The notes under the pieces were generated by a model. It made no database searches. It was not told the DNA's origin and saw only the letters and a list, made by a program, of their open reading frames with translations. Shown piece by piece: positions 54,191-64,000 of a DNA stretch of 64,000 nt (the stretch's first letter is position 1; each line of letters opens with the position of its first letter). Source of the DNA: Candidatus Bathyarchaeota archaeon (GTDB lineage: Archaea > Thermoproteota > Bathyarchaeia > Bathyarchaeales > Bathycorpusculaceae); the NCBI GenBank assembly GCA_963831865.1, contig CAWHSP010000032.1:1395-65394 (forward strand), read 5' to 3'. Made by a program: the position numbers and the translations under genes.

Positions 54191-54860
54191 CTTTGATAAT
54201 GCCTGTGAAAGTAATCTATGATACGCGTGTTAACTTAATAATAAGGATTTTTTTGAATTGTTGAGGTTTTTCTATCCACTAACTAGCAAAAACAGGAAGA
54301 AGCTAAAAAATAAGTTGGCTGAAGCCCTAAATGAAAACACCGAAACCCCTCAGCTGGAATGCAAGACATACTTTTAGATGATCTCCTTACAGCATTCGAA
54401 AGCAGATTTGAAGTATTAAACCAGACACAGTTAAACCTGTATTGCTTTACAAACATAGAAATGAAAGTTCCCCAACAAGACGTTCTAAACTTAAATGTAC
54501 ATAGACGTCCTCAAAGTACTAGCCTTCAAAAGATAGAATGCGCCCTTGCTGCAACCATCTTCGCGATTACATGATTCAGGAACACCCATAATCATATTCC
54601 CTTTAGGCAGCCCCGGTATACGCAGAGAAATCAAGACTTGACAGCGCTTCTTATCGCAAAAAGTCTCCACTGCTTCAACGTAAAATTCGCTCAAGAAGAA
54701 ACCTCCAGACTGCTCAAATTAACGTAGAGAAGAAGACAACAGGCGAAAACATCAGAAAAAGGGGAAGATGTGCGGGAGATATCTCCATTTTGGTTGATAT
54801 TGTTTTAATAAGGCGTTTTTCCATAGATAGGACGCTCGAATTAGAGGCTAAGAATCTTTA

Positions 54861-56786
54861 ATGTTAATCCAAGAAGTTATACTCGAAAATTTCATGAGTT
54901 ATGAGTACGCTAGGGTGCCGCTTAAACAAGGAGTAAATGTGATTGGTGGACCAAATGGCGCTGGAAAATCCTCTCTCCTTTTGGCAATATCAGTTGCTTT
55001 AGGTCAATCGTACACGGAGCGCTCACGAAAACTCAGCGACTTAATTCGATGGGGAAAAGACCAAGCACGAGTCACATTAATTTTAGATAACAGCAAGCAA
55101 GGCAACAAACGTCCCGTGCCGAAATACTCCAAGGACCAACTTTTCCTAACCCGTGTTTTACGGCGAGACGGAAAATACTACTTTGACTTGGAAAATAAAG
55201 CTGTGGGCAAACAAGATGTTGATAGGTTGCTTGGAAGGTTTGGTGTTGACCCGGACAACATGCTAATTATCATGCATCAGAACATGGTCGAGCAATTTAC
55301 AGTTCTCAGCAATACTGAGAAACTGCGCATGGTTGAAGCAGCGGTTGGGCTAGAGCCTTTTCGCGAAAACGTACTTCAGGCAAAAACAAAACTAATGCGA
55401 ATACTCACACAAGAAGAATCCGTAACCAAACTCTTAGAACAAGCACAACAAACACTCAATTACTGGCGTGAACAATATGAAAAATACCAAGAGAAAAAGC
55501 AGCTTCTGATAAAACGGCGTTTTTTGGAGCGAGAGTTAGCCTGGGCAGAAGTTGAAAAACGCGAAAACACTCTAAAAAGCTTACAAACTAACTTAAACAA
55601 AAACAAGGATGGGCTGGCAAAAATTGAAGAAGAAAAACAAGCTACATCCAACCGATTAAGTAGTCAGCAGAACAAGCAAGAAACACTCAAAAAAGAAAAT
55701 AGGACAGCTTTTGACGAACGTTTAAGCCTTGAACGTGAAATCGCTCAAAATCAATCCATACAATCACTAATTGGACAGCTGCTTGAAGAGACACAAGCGC
55801 TGGAGCAAATTACACAAGGTAGCCAAAGCCAACTTAAGCTCCTTAGAAATGAAAACCTTAAAGAAATCCTCGAAAAAGCTCAGCTGCAAATCGGTAAGGT
55901 AAGCGAGCAAATTAAGGATAATCAAACAAAAATGCTGAATTTGGAGGACTCTGTCACCAAACTTACTGAGGAGGTTTTGGACAAACGAGTGCATTTTGCG
56001 CTTTTGGAGTTTAAGCGGGCAAACGCAATTATTAATTTGAAAGATATTGAAAAGTCATTAAAGGAAATTCAAGAGAACCTGAAGGTAACAATTCAAAAAG
56101 CCGAGTTGTCAGGTGAACGTATAGCAGTTATTAAGAGTGCGAATGACATTCAGGATGAAATCCGCCTGACAGATGGACATTTGGCGGCGCTTTCTGATGT
56201 TTCAGAAGATATCGAACGCCAGTATGAATCTTATTCTAAACTTTATTTGGAACTTAAAGACAAAGCCCAACTTGTAGCTGATAACCGAGAAAAAACCCTT
56301 GAAGAAGTCAAAATACGAATGCAATCCTGGAAAACAGTCATGGAAAATCTGCTTGAACGCGTTAACTTAGAGTATCAGCGAATTATGAGCCAGACCTTTG
56401 CAACCGGCGAAGTGCAACTCTCAAACGCTCAAGATATTGAAACAGCAGGTTTAGAAATATTAGTTGGCTTCAAAGGAGGAAAACCCGTTGCGCTTGACGC
56501 GCACACACAAAGCGGGGGCGAACGGACTACAGCCACAATGAGTTTCCTATTAGCCCTCCAACAACACGTGCGCTCTCCATTCCGGGCAGTTGACGAATAT
56601 GACATTCATATGGACCCTAAAAATCGCGAAATGATTGCTAAAATCTTGCTTTCTATAATTAAAGACGCGAATGCTCAGTACGTCGTTATTACTCCAAGCC
56701 AAATCACCTTCGCTCAACAGGACGCTAACATCATTACGGTTCAGAATGTTGAGGGAAAATCCGTGGTTCGTGAGGTGGCTGTCTAA
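54861..56786 (+). CDS. Short SMC-family ATPase of SMC5/6-ClsN type
   Basis: LENFMSY, GPNGAGKSS, Q-loop, coiled coils, QSGGER, PFRAVDEYDIHMD. Confidence 0.9.
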   Translation: MLIQEVILENFMSYEYARVPLKQGVNVIGGPNGAGKSSLLLAISVALGQSYTERSRKLSDLIRWGKDQARVTLILDNSKQGNKRPVPKYSKDQLFLTRVLRRDGKYYFDLENKAVGKQDVDRLLGRFGVDPDNMLIIMHQNMVEQFTVLSNTEKLRMVEAAVGLEPFRENVLQAKTKLMRILTQEESVTKLLEQAQQTLNYWREQYEKYQEKKQLLIKRRFLERELAWAEVEKRENTLKSLQTNLNKNKDGLAKIEEEKQATSNRLSSQQNKQETLKKENRTAFDERLSLEREIAQNQSIQSLIGQLLEETQALEQITQGSQSQLKLLRNENLKEILEKAQLQIGKVSEQIKDNQTKMLNLEDSVTKLTEEVLDKRVHFALLEFKRANAIINLKDIEKSLKEIQENLKVTIQKAELSGERIAVIKSANDIQDEIRLTDGHLAALSDVSEDIERQYESYSKLYLELKDKAQLVADNREKTLEEVKIRMQSWKTVMENLLERVNLEYQRIMSQTFATGEVQLSNAQDIETAGLEILVGFKGGKPVALDAHTQSGGERTTATMSFLLALQQHVRSPFRAVDEYDIHMDPKNREMIAKILLSIIKDANAQYVVITPSQITFAQQDANIITVQNVEGKSVVREVAV

Positions 56787-57613
56787 TGCAGAAGATAAAG
56801 CAACATAAATCATTAGGTAAGGAAAAGCTTGAGCGCATAATTGAAATGTGCGTTACTATAGAAAACCGCATGGTTGAGCCCTTCACATTTAACGTTGACG
56901 AAATAATTAAAGTCGTGAAAGAGTATTTTCCACATTGGGAAAATCCTGAGGAACTAAAACTTGATGCTGAGGCGCTCCACCATTTAGCTACAGTCATTAA
57001 ATTACAAAGTGAATGGGTAAAACAAAGGTCAAATTTGCTCTACACAGACCCGTTTTTGCTGGAAGAAAAAATCCTGCAGATGGGTAAACAAGAAATGGTT
57101 GAAGTTTTTCTAAGGGCATGGAATCCGTTAATTGAGTTTGAACAAATAAGTCTAAACACATTAGCGCAGGGCTTGCTTTATTGGGATGCATTAGCGCCTA
57201 TTAGCGAAAGATGGAAAGATCTGCCACCCAGTGAAGTCTTAATGGGGTTCGCAAGTAGAGAAGAACTAATCAAGCAGAGAGTTTTAAGTGATATAGAATT
57301 TTCTGATGAATTGAGCCATTATTGGCAAGAACTCAAAAACTGCGTTGCCAAGAGAGGCCAAAACGGCAAAGTTCTCTACTGGGATTTCATAGGTGCTGAA
57401 ACCTACGAAAAAACAGTGCAAAGAGCCTTCTTAACCAGCTTTCTAGTTACGTATGGCTATGCTACTTTAGAAATTGACAGGTTAGAAGAAACGATTTTCA
57501 TAAAAGCCTTCGACAAACCCCGAACGGAGCCTTTAACATTGCAGTCAACATCTGTTCCAATTGCCATTTCAAGTGAAGATTGGCAGAAATGGAAAAGAGG
57601 AGAATTAGATTGA
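56786..57613 (+). CDS. Kleisin-like subunit (ScpA/Nse4-like)
   Basis: N-terminal EPFTFNV..LATVIKLQSE; C-terminal YWDFI..TVQRAFLTSFLVTYG winged helix; overlaps the SMC stop. Confidence 0.7.
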   Translation: MQKIKQHKSLGKEKLERIIEMCVTIENRMVEPFTFNVDEIIKVVKEYFPHWENPEELKLDAEALHHLATVIKLQSEWVKQRSNLLYTDPFLLEEKILQMGKQEMVEVFLRAWNPLIEFEQISLNTLAQGLLYWDALAPISERWKDLPPSEVLMGFASREELIKQRVLSDIEFSDELSHYWQELKNCVAKRGQNGKVLYWDFIGAETYEKTVQRAFLTSFLVTYGYATLEIDRLEETIFIKAFDKPRTEPLTLQSTSVPIAISSEDWQKWKRGELD

Positions 57614-58221
57614 GCAAGAAGAAAGGAACTTACGGAGGCAAAATCAAGAAAGCAACCCAGATGCTCTTCTACAAACGACACCAGAAACCAGGAGTAAGAG
57701 GCTTTGAGTTGCACAAAGCATTAGGTGCAAACTACCCCAAAGTACTCGATTTACTCGACGATTATCTGAAACCGTTGGAACTGCATGTTAAAACAGTTTT
57801 TGAAGAAGAAAAAACCCCAGAAAAGCCTACAGTCGAGGAGTTGGATAAAGCAAGATTCTACGTCGCACTGAGCGGCGACTTGCAGACTAAAGATAAACTG
57901 ATTGGCTGGCGCATCGACGATTTAGCAGGCCTTGCCATATCAATTTCTTATATCATCAGCAAAAAAGGGCAAATACCACGAAAAGACATTGAAAAACTTC
58001 TGAGCGAGAAAATGCCAAATTGGAAAATCGGCTTAAACATCGACCGCTACATCCGCTACGGCTACCTTGGGCAAGATGATAATGGAATCCTATTCTTGGA
58101 TTGGCGGACAAGAGCTGAAGTTGATCAGAAAGCACTAATCAACATGCTTTTGTTAAGTGACCCCAAAAAGGCTGAAATTGCTGAACCCAAAGAAGCAGAA
58201 CAAGAAGATGAAAACGATTAG
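57610..58221 (+). CDS. KITE tandem winged-helix subunit (ScpB/Nse1/Nse3-MAGE-like)
   Basis: MLFYKRHQKP..YPKVL; LAGLAISISYIISKKG; YGYL..FLDWRTRAEVD. Confidence 0.7.
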   Translation: MSKKKGTYGGKIKKATQMLFYKRHQKPGVRGFELHKALGANYPKVLDLLDDYLKPLELHVKTVFEEEKTPEKPTVEELDKARFYVALSGDLQTKDKLIGWRIDDLAGLAISISYIISKKGQIPRKDIEKLLSEKMPNWKIGLNIDRYIRYGYLGQDDNGILFLDWRTRAEVDQKALINMLLLSDPKKAEIAEPKEAEQEDEND

Positions 58222-58421
58222 ACTATCGTTAGCTCAAAAATAAACCTTAAATCAAGCAAGCCTTCTGCTTTTCAAGAGAGCTTTGCTAAATATATTGTAA
58301 TAGCTTGTTCTGAATTAAGCAACAAATGCTTTGATTCTCAGTTTTGGCATCTCAAAAATTTAAGCTTAACAATATACGATGAAGCAGTTACGTTTCATCG
58401 CCTAATATCCGAAAGGACAGT

Positions 58422-58859
58422 TTAGGTGATGCTTACGTTCTGAATATCGAAATACCGTTTTGCTAAAAATCGCAGACGTTCGGCGTTTTTGCCGTTCTTG
58501 CCTATTGCGACGCCCTTATCTTTGGGGTTGACTGTTATGACTGCCATCTTCTTGCCATCAGTTCTTTCTGTTACGCGCACTTCTCTTACTGCTGCTGGTT
58601 TTAAGGCGTTTTTCATGAATGTAACTGGGTCTTCGCTGTACTCGATGATTTCGTGTTTTTTGCCTGTCATTCGTTCAAGTGTGTGGATGTTTCTACCGCC
58701 TTTTCCAATGGCTACGCCTACTTGGCCTTGGTTTACGATGAATATTGCCCGTTGTTCTACTTCGTCAACAATACAATCTTTAACGCTGGCGCCGCTTATG
58801 CTTTCAAACAAAGCGATGTAACGCATTTCGTCGCATGTGATTTTTATGCCGGTTGTCAG
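58422..58859 (-). CDS. nusA: Archaeal NusA (KH domains); probable CTG start at 58859
   Basis: GVAIGKGG and GVAIGKNG KH motifs; position in the rpo operon. Confidence 0.93.
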   Translation of the reverse strand: MTTGIKITCDEMRYIALFESISGASVKDCIVDEVEQRAIFIVNQGQVGVAIGKGGRNIHTLERMTGKKHEIIEYSEDPVTFMKNALKPAAVREVRVTERTDGKKMAVITVNPKDKGVAIGKNGKNAERLRFLAKRYFDIQNVSIT

Positions 58860-58876
58860 TTTTTTTCCTCCATTTT

Positions 58877-59191
58877 TTATTCTATTTTAGGATCTTCGGT
58901 TATTTTAAGAATGTCTGAGTCCCCTGTTTCCCTGATGCTTAAGGCTGAAATAATGAAGAGTTTTTTGCATACTTCCGCTAAATCCATTGAGCCACCTTTG
59001 TATGTTACCACGGGGACTTTAGAGATTTCTCCATAGTATTCTATCTGTTCTTTTATGTCTTTTGGACAATTAGAGGCTAAAACAATCATCTTAGCCTTGC
59101 CTGTTTTAGCGTTTTGTAATGCGACATTAGATCCAAAGGATACTTTGCCAGTTTTCACTACCGTCGCCAACGCCTTATCTATATCTATCAT
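58877..59191 (-). CDS. rpl30e: Ribosomal protein L30e
   Basis: KTGKVSFG..LASNCP..GDSDIL. Confidence 0.95.
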   Translation of the reverse strand: MIDIDKALATVVKTGKVSFGSNVALQNAKTGKAKMIVLASNCPKDIKEQIEYYGEISKVPVVTYKGGSMDLAEVCKKLFIISALSIRETGDSDILKITEDPKIE

Positions 59192-62100
59192 GCTTCTGTC
59201 TTTCCTCCCTGTTTTGCTTGTTTATCAAATGTTGACATGTACAGTTCAACTAAGCCAGTGCCGATTGGAATCGACTGCCCGACTATAACGTTTTCTGTTA
59301 CTCCTGCCAAAGGATCACTTTCACCTTTCACTGCCGCTTCAACAATGTTAGGTACAGTAATTTCGAATGCCGCGCGTGCTAAGACACTTGCTTTCTTGCC
59401 GCTGATACCGTGTCTGCCAATCTGTTGCACATCGCCTGTTGTAGTCATCATATCTGCTACAAGCATAACGTGTCGTACATCTACGTCTAAGCCTTGATCT
59501 TCCAAGACACCTTTCGCTTCGTTGACCAATGCGTTTCTTGAGGCTTCTACACCGAGAGTTTTGGCTATTTCGTGAATGTTGTTGGTACTTGTTCGTGATG
59601 TGTCTACGCCTCGAACTTCAAGAACTTTTGAGAGGTTTGAGCCGTCAGTGCGTATTACCCATTCGCCGCTTTCTTCAGTGACCAGAACACGCTTAATGTC
59701 CGGTACACCTTTGACTTGGAAGCTTGGAATCTTGCCTAACATTCGTTTTAGTTGTTCGGCTTTTTTGGGTTTAACCTGAACTGTGTAGTCTGTGATTGTG
59801 ACTGCTGCATTTTGCAGTTCCAGTCGTTCTTTAAGTTCATCCATTGTTATTGCTCTGTCATCCATCATTGACTTGCTTAATTCAATAACGATTTCTTCGC
59901 GCACTGGGTCTTCGTAAATTGCTGAAGCCAAGTTTTCAACTGAAGTGTAAATTATGTTTCTTGCGACTTCAACAGCGCTTTCTTTGCTCTTGGCAGATTC
60001 TGGCATTAGATAAATGGTCATAATAGGTGTTGAAGGAATCCTGCGTGCGTCTACTATTTCGATGAGTCGTGGTAAGCCTAAAGTGACGTTTTGTTCTTTG
60101 ACACCAGCGTAGTGGAAGGTTCTAAGAGTCATCTGGGTGCCTGGTTCACCTATGGATTGAGCAGCAACAATTCCTACTGCCTCACCTGGCTCCATTAAAG
60201 CACGATTATATTGCTCAGCGGTTGAGCTCGTTGCTTTTTCTACTGCTTTCTTGGTAAGTTTATTCTTTGCAAAGCCAATTTTGAGTTGATCCAGCAAAAT
60301 CGGTGTTAGCTGGCCTTCAACGATTTTCAGCTGCTTCTTGATTTCCTCGCTTGATGCTGCTTCGCCTTTAACTTCGCCGATTTTTATTTGGTCAATTAGT
60401 CTGCTTACGTTTACTGCTTTGCCGTGGTCGCTTTTTGCTGGGTCAACACCGTCTTCGCCATACCTGAATTGGATGATGTCGCCTGCTGAATCACGGACTG
60501 TACTGTCGTATTCAAGTCGGATGTGTTCTAAAGCGTTGATTAGTCTTCTTTGCATGTAACCGCTCTGTTGAGTGCGGACAGCTGTGTCAACTAGACCTTC
60601 TCTGCCACCCATAGCGTGGAAGAAGAATTCAATCGCGTCCAAACCTGACTGATAAGAGTTATAGACAAAGCCTCTTGCTCTTGGACTGGGGTCGCCTTCA
60701 ATGAAGTGTGGCAATGCTCTTCCAGCGTAGCCTCGCAAGACACGTTTGCCTCGCACTGATTGTTGCCCAACGCAAGCAGCCATTTGGCCAATATTTAGAC
60801 TTGAACCTCTTGCGCCTGAGCGTGTCATGACGATGCCTGCGTTTTCCAGTGTAAAGTCTTCGTCTGCTATCTTGCCTGATTCATCTCTGGCCACTGCAAG
60901 TTCATGCATGACATATATTTCGAATGATTCCTCTAAGGTTTGACCTGGCAACCGTGGAAGTGTTCCGTTGCGGAAGTTTTCGATGTGTTCATCGATTTTC
61001 TTTTGAATACGTTCCATTGTTTTAGCCATGCGATTGCGGGCTTTTGGCGAGAGAACTAGTTGATCGTAGGTGTAGCTGAAGCCTCGCATTGAAATGTACA
61101 GTTTTAGCAGATGTGTTATATTGTTTAGGAATTCTCGTCCTGCTTGAGTGCCATAGTCCTTGATTATTCTGTGAAGAAGACTTTCTGATTGCTCAGCGCC
61201 GATGGATTTTCTGTCGATGATGCCTGAGACTAGCTGGCCATTTCTAACCACTACGTATGCGTCGTGTTTGCATTCTTCTTCTTCGCATTTAGTGCAGCCT
61301 TGGCAAATGTTGGCTTTGAGAACATAATTCAATGTTTTCGGCAGGAAGAGGCTGAATATTTGTTTGCCTGACCACATGGGTTGGGGTTCTTTAATTTCTG
61401 GGACGGGCATTTCGCCTATGTATCCAGTTGTAGTAAGTAACCGGGTAACTTCGCGATCTGAGTAAGGTAGTTTCCAGTTTTGGTAAAGTAGTATGCGCTT
61501 GTGACGAAGTCTCTGATAGCGCCGATGATTGGTCCGCCGAATCTGGGTGAGAGAATTTGGTCTTGAACCTGCATTAGCAATAGTGCTTCGGTTCTGTGCT
61601 TCTTCGCTTTGTGGAACGTGAAGGTTCATTTCGTCGCCATCAAAGTCAGCGTTGTAGGGTGGGCAAACACACAGGTGTAAACGGAAAGTCTTGTATGGCA
61701 AAACCCGGACGTAATGAGCCATGATGGACATGCGGTGAAGTGAAGGCTGACGATTAAAGATTGCAATGTCACCGTTCTTTAGGTGCCGCTCAACTATGAA
61801 TCCTAATTCAACTGCTTCGGCAATTTTGGTTCTGTCAACAACGAATTCTAGCCTGATACGTTTGCCATCTGGGCGGATAATGTATAATGCGCCAGGATAG
61901 TTTTCTGGACCGTTAATTACAAATTTCTTCATTTCCTCAATGTTCCATGCTGTAACCTTTTCTGGAACAGAAAGCGCATGGCAACATCAACTGGAACACC
62001 GACTTCGTTTATGTCAAGGTTCGGGTCTGGAGAAATGACTGTTCGTGCTGAAAAGTCAACTCGTTTGCCTGAAAGGTTGCTTCTAAAGCGTCCTTCTTTG

Positions 62101-63024
62101 CCTTTTAGCCTCTGCGAGAGAGTCTTTAATGCTCTTCCGCTGCGGTGTCTTGCTGGCGGAATACCTGATGCTTCATTGTTAAAGTAGGTTGTAACGTGAT
62201 ACTGCAACAGCTCGGAGAGGTCTTGAATGATAAGTGTAGGTGCGCCTGCTTCCATGTTTTCCTTCAAACGTTGGTTAATGCGAATAATGTCTACGAGTTT
62301 GTGAGTTAAGTCGTCTTCAGAACGGATACCTGATTCTAAAGTGATTGATGGTCGAACGTAAACTGGTGGAACAGGTAGAACTTGCAGAACCATCCATTCT
62401 GGGCGCGCAACTTTCGGGTTGAATCCCAAAATTTCTAGGTCTTCATCTGAGACGCGTTCAAGCCTTTCGCGAATCATGCTAGGTGTCAGTGGCTCAGAGC
62501 CTAATTCAGTCTGCTCGATAAATTTTGTTGGTTTCTCAAAAGTAATCTTGAATTGGGCTGATGCACAGTAGGGACATTGTTTTGCTTTGATTTCAGTCAT
62601 TATTTCTTTGTAAATTTCGTCTGGAATCGTGCCTAAAAGCTCGTTTAGCCGTTCAATTCGTTGGCTGTGCCTTTTTTGAAGCATCTTCAGATAAGAGTAT
62701 TCGACCGCAGCTGCGGCAGGTTGATTTCAAAAGGTCAAATATGATTTTTGTGAATTCAATGTGAACTATTGGTACGGCTAATTCAATGTGTCCGAAGTGT
62801 CCTGGGCAGCGAATGGCTGTGTTGCCGCAGGTTTTGCAGCGTTGCCTTGGCTCAAGTGTGCCTAATCTGCCATCCATTAAGCCAGCGGTGATAGGTGCGC
62901 CATCTTCGTCATAGGTGTCTGGGGTTTGGATTTCAACGACTGATTGTTTACGCAGGTCTTTAGGTGAGATTAAACCGAATGAGATTTCGTCAACTATTTT
63001 ATGAATTAATTCTTCCTGTGCCAT
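59188..63024 (-). CDS. rpo1: RNA polymerase largest subunit Rpo1, unsplit (A'+A''); several frameshifts
   Basis: [22 protein letters not shown], and [11 protein letters not shown] in the same ORF. Confidence 0.95.
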
Positions 63025-63026
63025 AG

Positions 63027-64000
63027 TTATGCCTTCTCTTTTAGTCTTAATTTTGGAGTGATACACAGGCTTTGAAGCTCTTGCAACAGAAGCTTGAAAG
63101 CGTACGAGACGATTACTGGTGAAATCTTTGCTTTCTCGTCACATATTCTGCAGACATAGCGTCTTTGTTTCATGTCAAAGTAAGCGATTTGTCCACAGTT
63201 CTCGCAAATGTAGAGTGTGTATTTGTCTGACTCTTCAAGCAATCTGTCTCTTAGCAGCATAGCAGCGCCGTGACCGATAAGGCAGTCTCGCTCCATTTCT
63301 CCGAACCTGAGACCACCACCTCTAGCTCTGCCTTCAGTTGGTTGCCTCGTTAACATCTGAACTTGACCTCTGGCTCTTGCGTGAATTTTGTCTGCAACCA
63401 TATGGTGAAGTTTCTGATAGTAAACTACGCCGACGAATACATCTGCAACGAATTTTTCACCTGTTGTACCGCTATAGAAGACTTCGCCTCCAGTGTGGCT
63501 GAAGCCGAGCTTTATGAGTTGCTTGCGTATTTCTTCAGGTCCTTCGTTTGAGAAGGGTGTGCCGTCTGCTGGTTTGCCTCTTGCTGATGCAGCTTTTCCA
63601 GCAAGTGATTCGATGAATTGTCCGATAGTCATTCTTGAGGGGATGGCGTGCGGGTTAATTATCAGGTCTGGAACAATACCTCCGTCTGAGAATGGCAGGT
63701 CTTCTTGAGGAACGATTAAGCCGATAACTCCTTTTTGTCCGTGACGTGAAGCGAATTTGTCTCCAAGTTCGGGTATTCGTTGGTCTCGAACTCTTACTTT
63801 TACCAGTTGGCTACCTTCGCCTGACATAGTTATGAATATGCCATCTACAATGCCTGTTTCGGATGGACGCATGTCTACTGAGGTGTCACGCATTGAAGGT
63901 CCTTTTACTTCAAATTCCTTGTATTCTTCGAGGAATCTTGGAGGGCTAATTCTGCCGATTAAAACGTCTCCGCCGACCACTTGTGATTCTAAACTGATTA
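63027..64000 (-). CDS. rpo2: RNA polymerase subunit Rpo2 (B), 3' part
   Basis: [29 protein letters not shown]. Confidence 0.97.
   Translation of the reverse strand, partial: ISLESQVVGGDVLIGRISPPRFLEEYKEFEVKGPSMRDTSVDMRPSETGIVDGIFITMSGEGSQLVKVRVRDQRIPELGDKFASRHGQKGVIGLIVPQEDLPFSDGGIVPDLIINPHAIPSRMTIGQFIESLAGKAASARGKPADGTPFSNEGPEEIRKQLIKLGFSHTGGEVFYSGTTGEKFVADVFVGVVYYQKLHHMVADKIHARARGQVQMLTRQPTEGRARGGGLRFGEMERDCLIGHGAAMLLRDRLLEESDKYTLYICENCGQIAYFDMKQRRYVCRICDEKAKISPVIVSYAFKLLLQELQSLCITPKLRLKEKA

Noticed and set aside
54359-54694. Short ORFs just upstream of the SMC gene
   Set aside because: No recognisable motifs; possibly decayed element sequence, and I cannot support a call
54787-54800. TTTGGTTGA as an inverted partner of TCAACCAAA at about 29718, marking island ends
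   Set aside because: Only 9-10 bp in AT-rich promoter DNA, which is compatible with chance
54861-58221. Wadjet/MksBEFG defence system or Rad50-Mre11
   Set aside because: No JetD/Toprim or Mre11 gene, no zinc hook, and the SMC is short with an SMC5/6-type D-loop
1-64000. Numerous frameshifts (lhr, xpb, bax1, rpo1, transposase and others) as programmed frameshifting or mass pseudogenisation
   Set aside because: They also break essential rpo1 and often fall at homopolymers, so uncorrected long-read indels are the simplest explanation

Overview
A 64 kb archaeal chromosomal fragment, most likely Bathyarchaeia. The evidence is the lineage-typical PQQ beta-propeller surface protein, the unsplit Rpo1, the NusA-L30e-Rpo1-Rpo2 order and the integrase type. 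Many genes, including essential rpo1, carry single-base frameshifts, which points to long-read assembly error rather than real pseudogenes. Layout: (1) 1-8.4 kb holds secreted and surface proteins (Tat multicopper oxidase, S53 peptidase, TatA, PQQ propeller). (2) 8.7-29.7 kb holds core genes (apgM, Lhr, XPB-Bax1, moaABC, Orc1/Cdc6, pdaD, ppa, nucS). It is interrupted at 15.2-17.8 kb by a small patch with three tRNA-3'-end-derived att-like scars around an LDH/MDH-hybrid gene. (3) About 29.7-54.8 kb is an accessory island that starts with an IS1182 and a decayed tyrosine integrase and is rich in small stress-type genes (CsbD x3, lmo0937-like x2, PRC barrel, cupin, zinc fingers, an extra TFS, beta-CASP nuclease, GT4). 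(4) 54.9-58.2 kb is a three-gene SMC5/6-like operon (SMC, Nse4-like kleisin, MAGE/Nse3-like KITE), followed by the RNA polymerase operon. Strongest findings: a 24-bp palindrome TGTnryTG-N8-CArynACA found at 16 promoters directly upstream of the TATA box (an apparent general-stress regulon), a G-U-rich rod-shaped ncRNA of about 130 nt with its own promoter, and the minimal SMC5/6-like complex.
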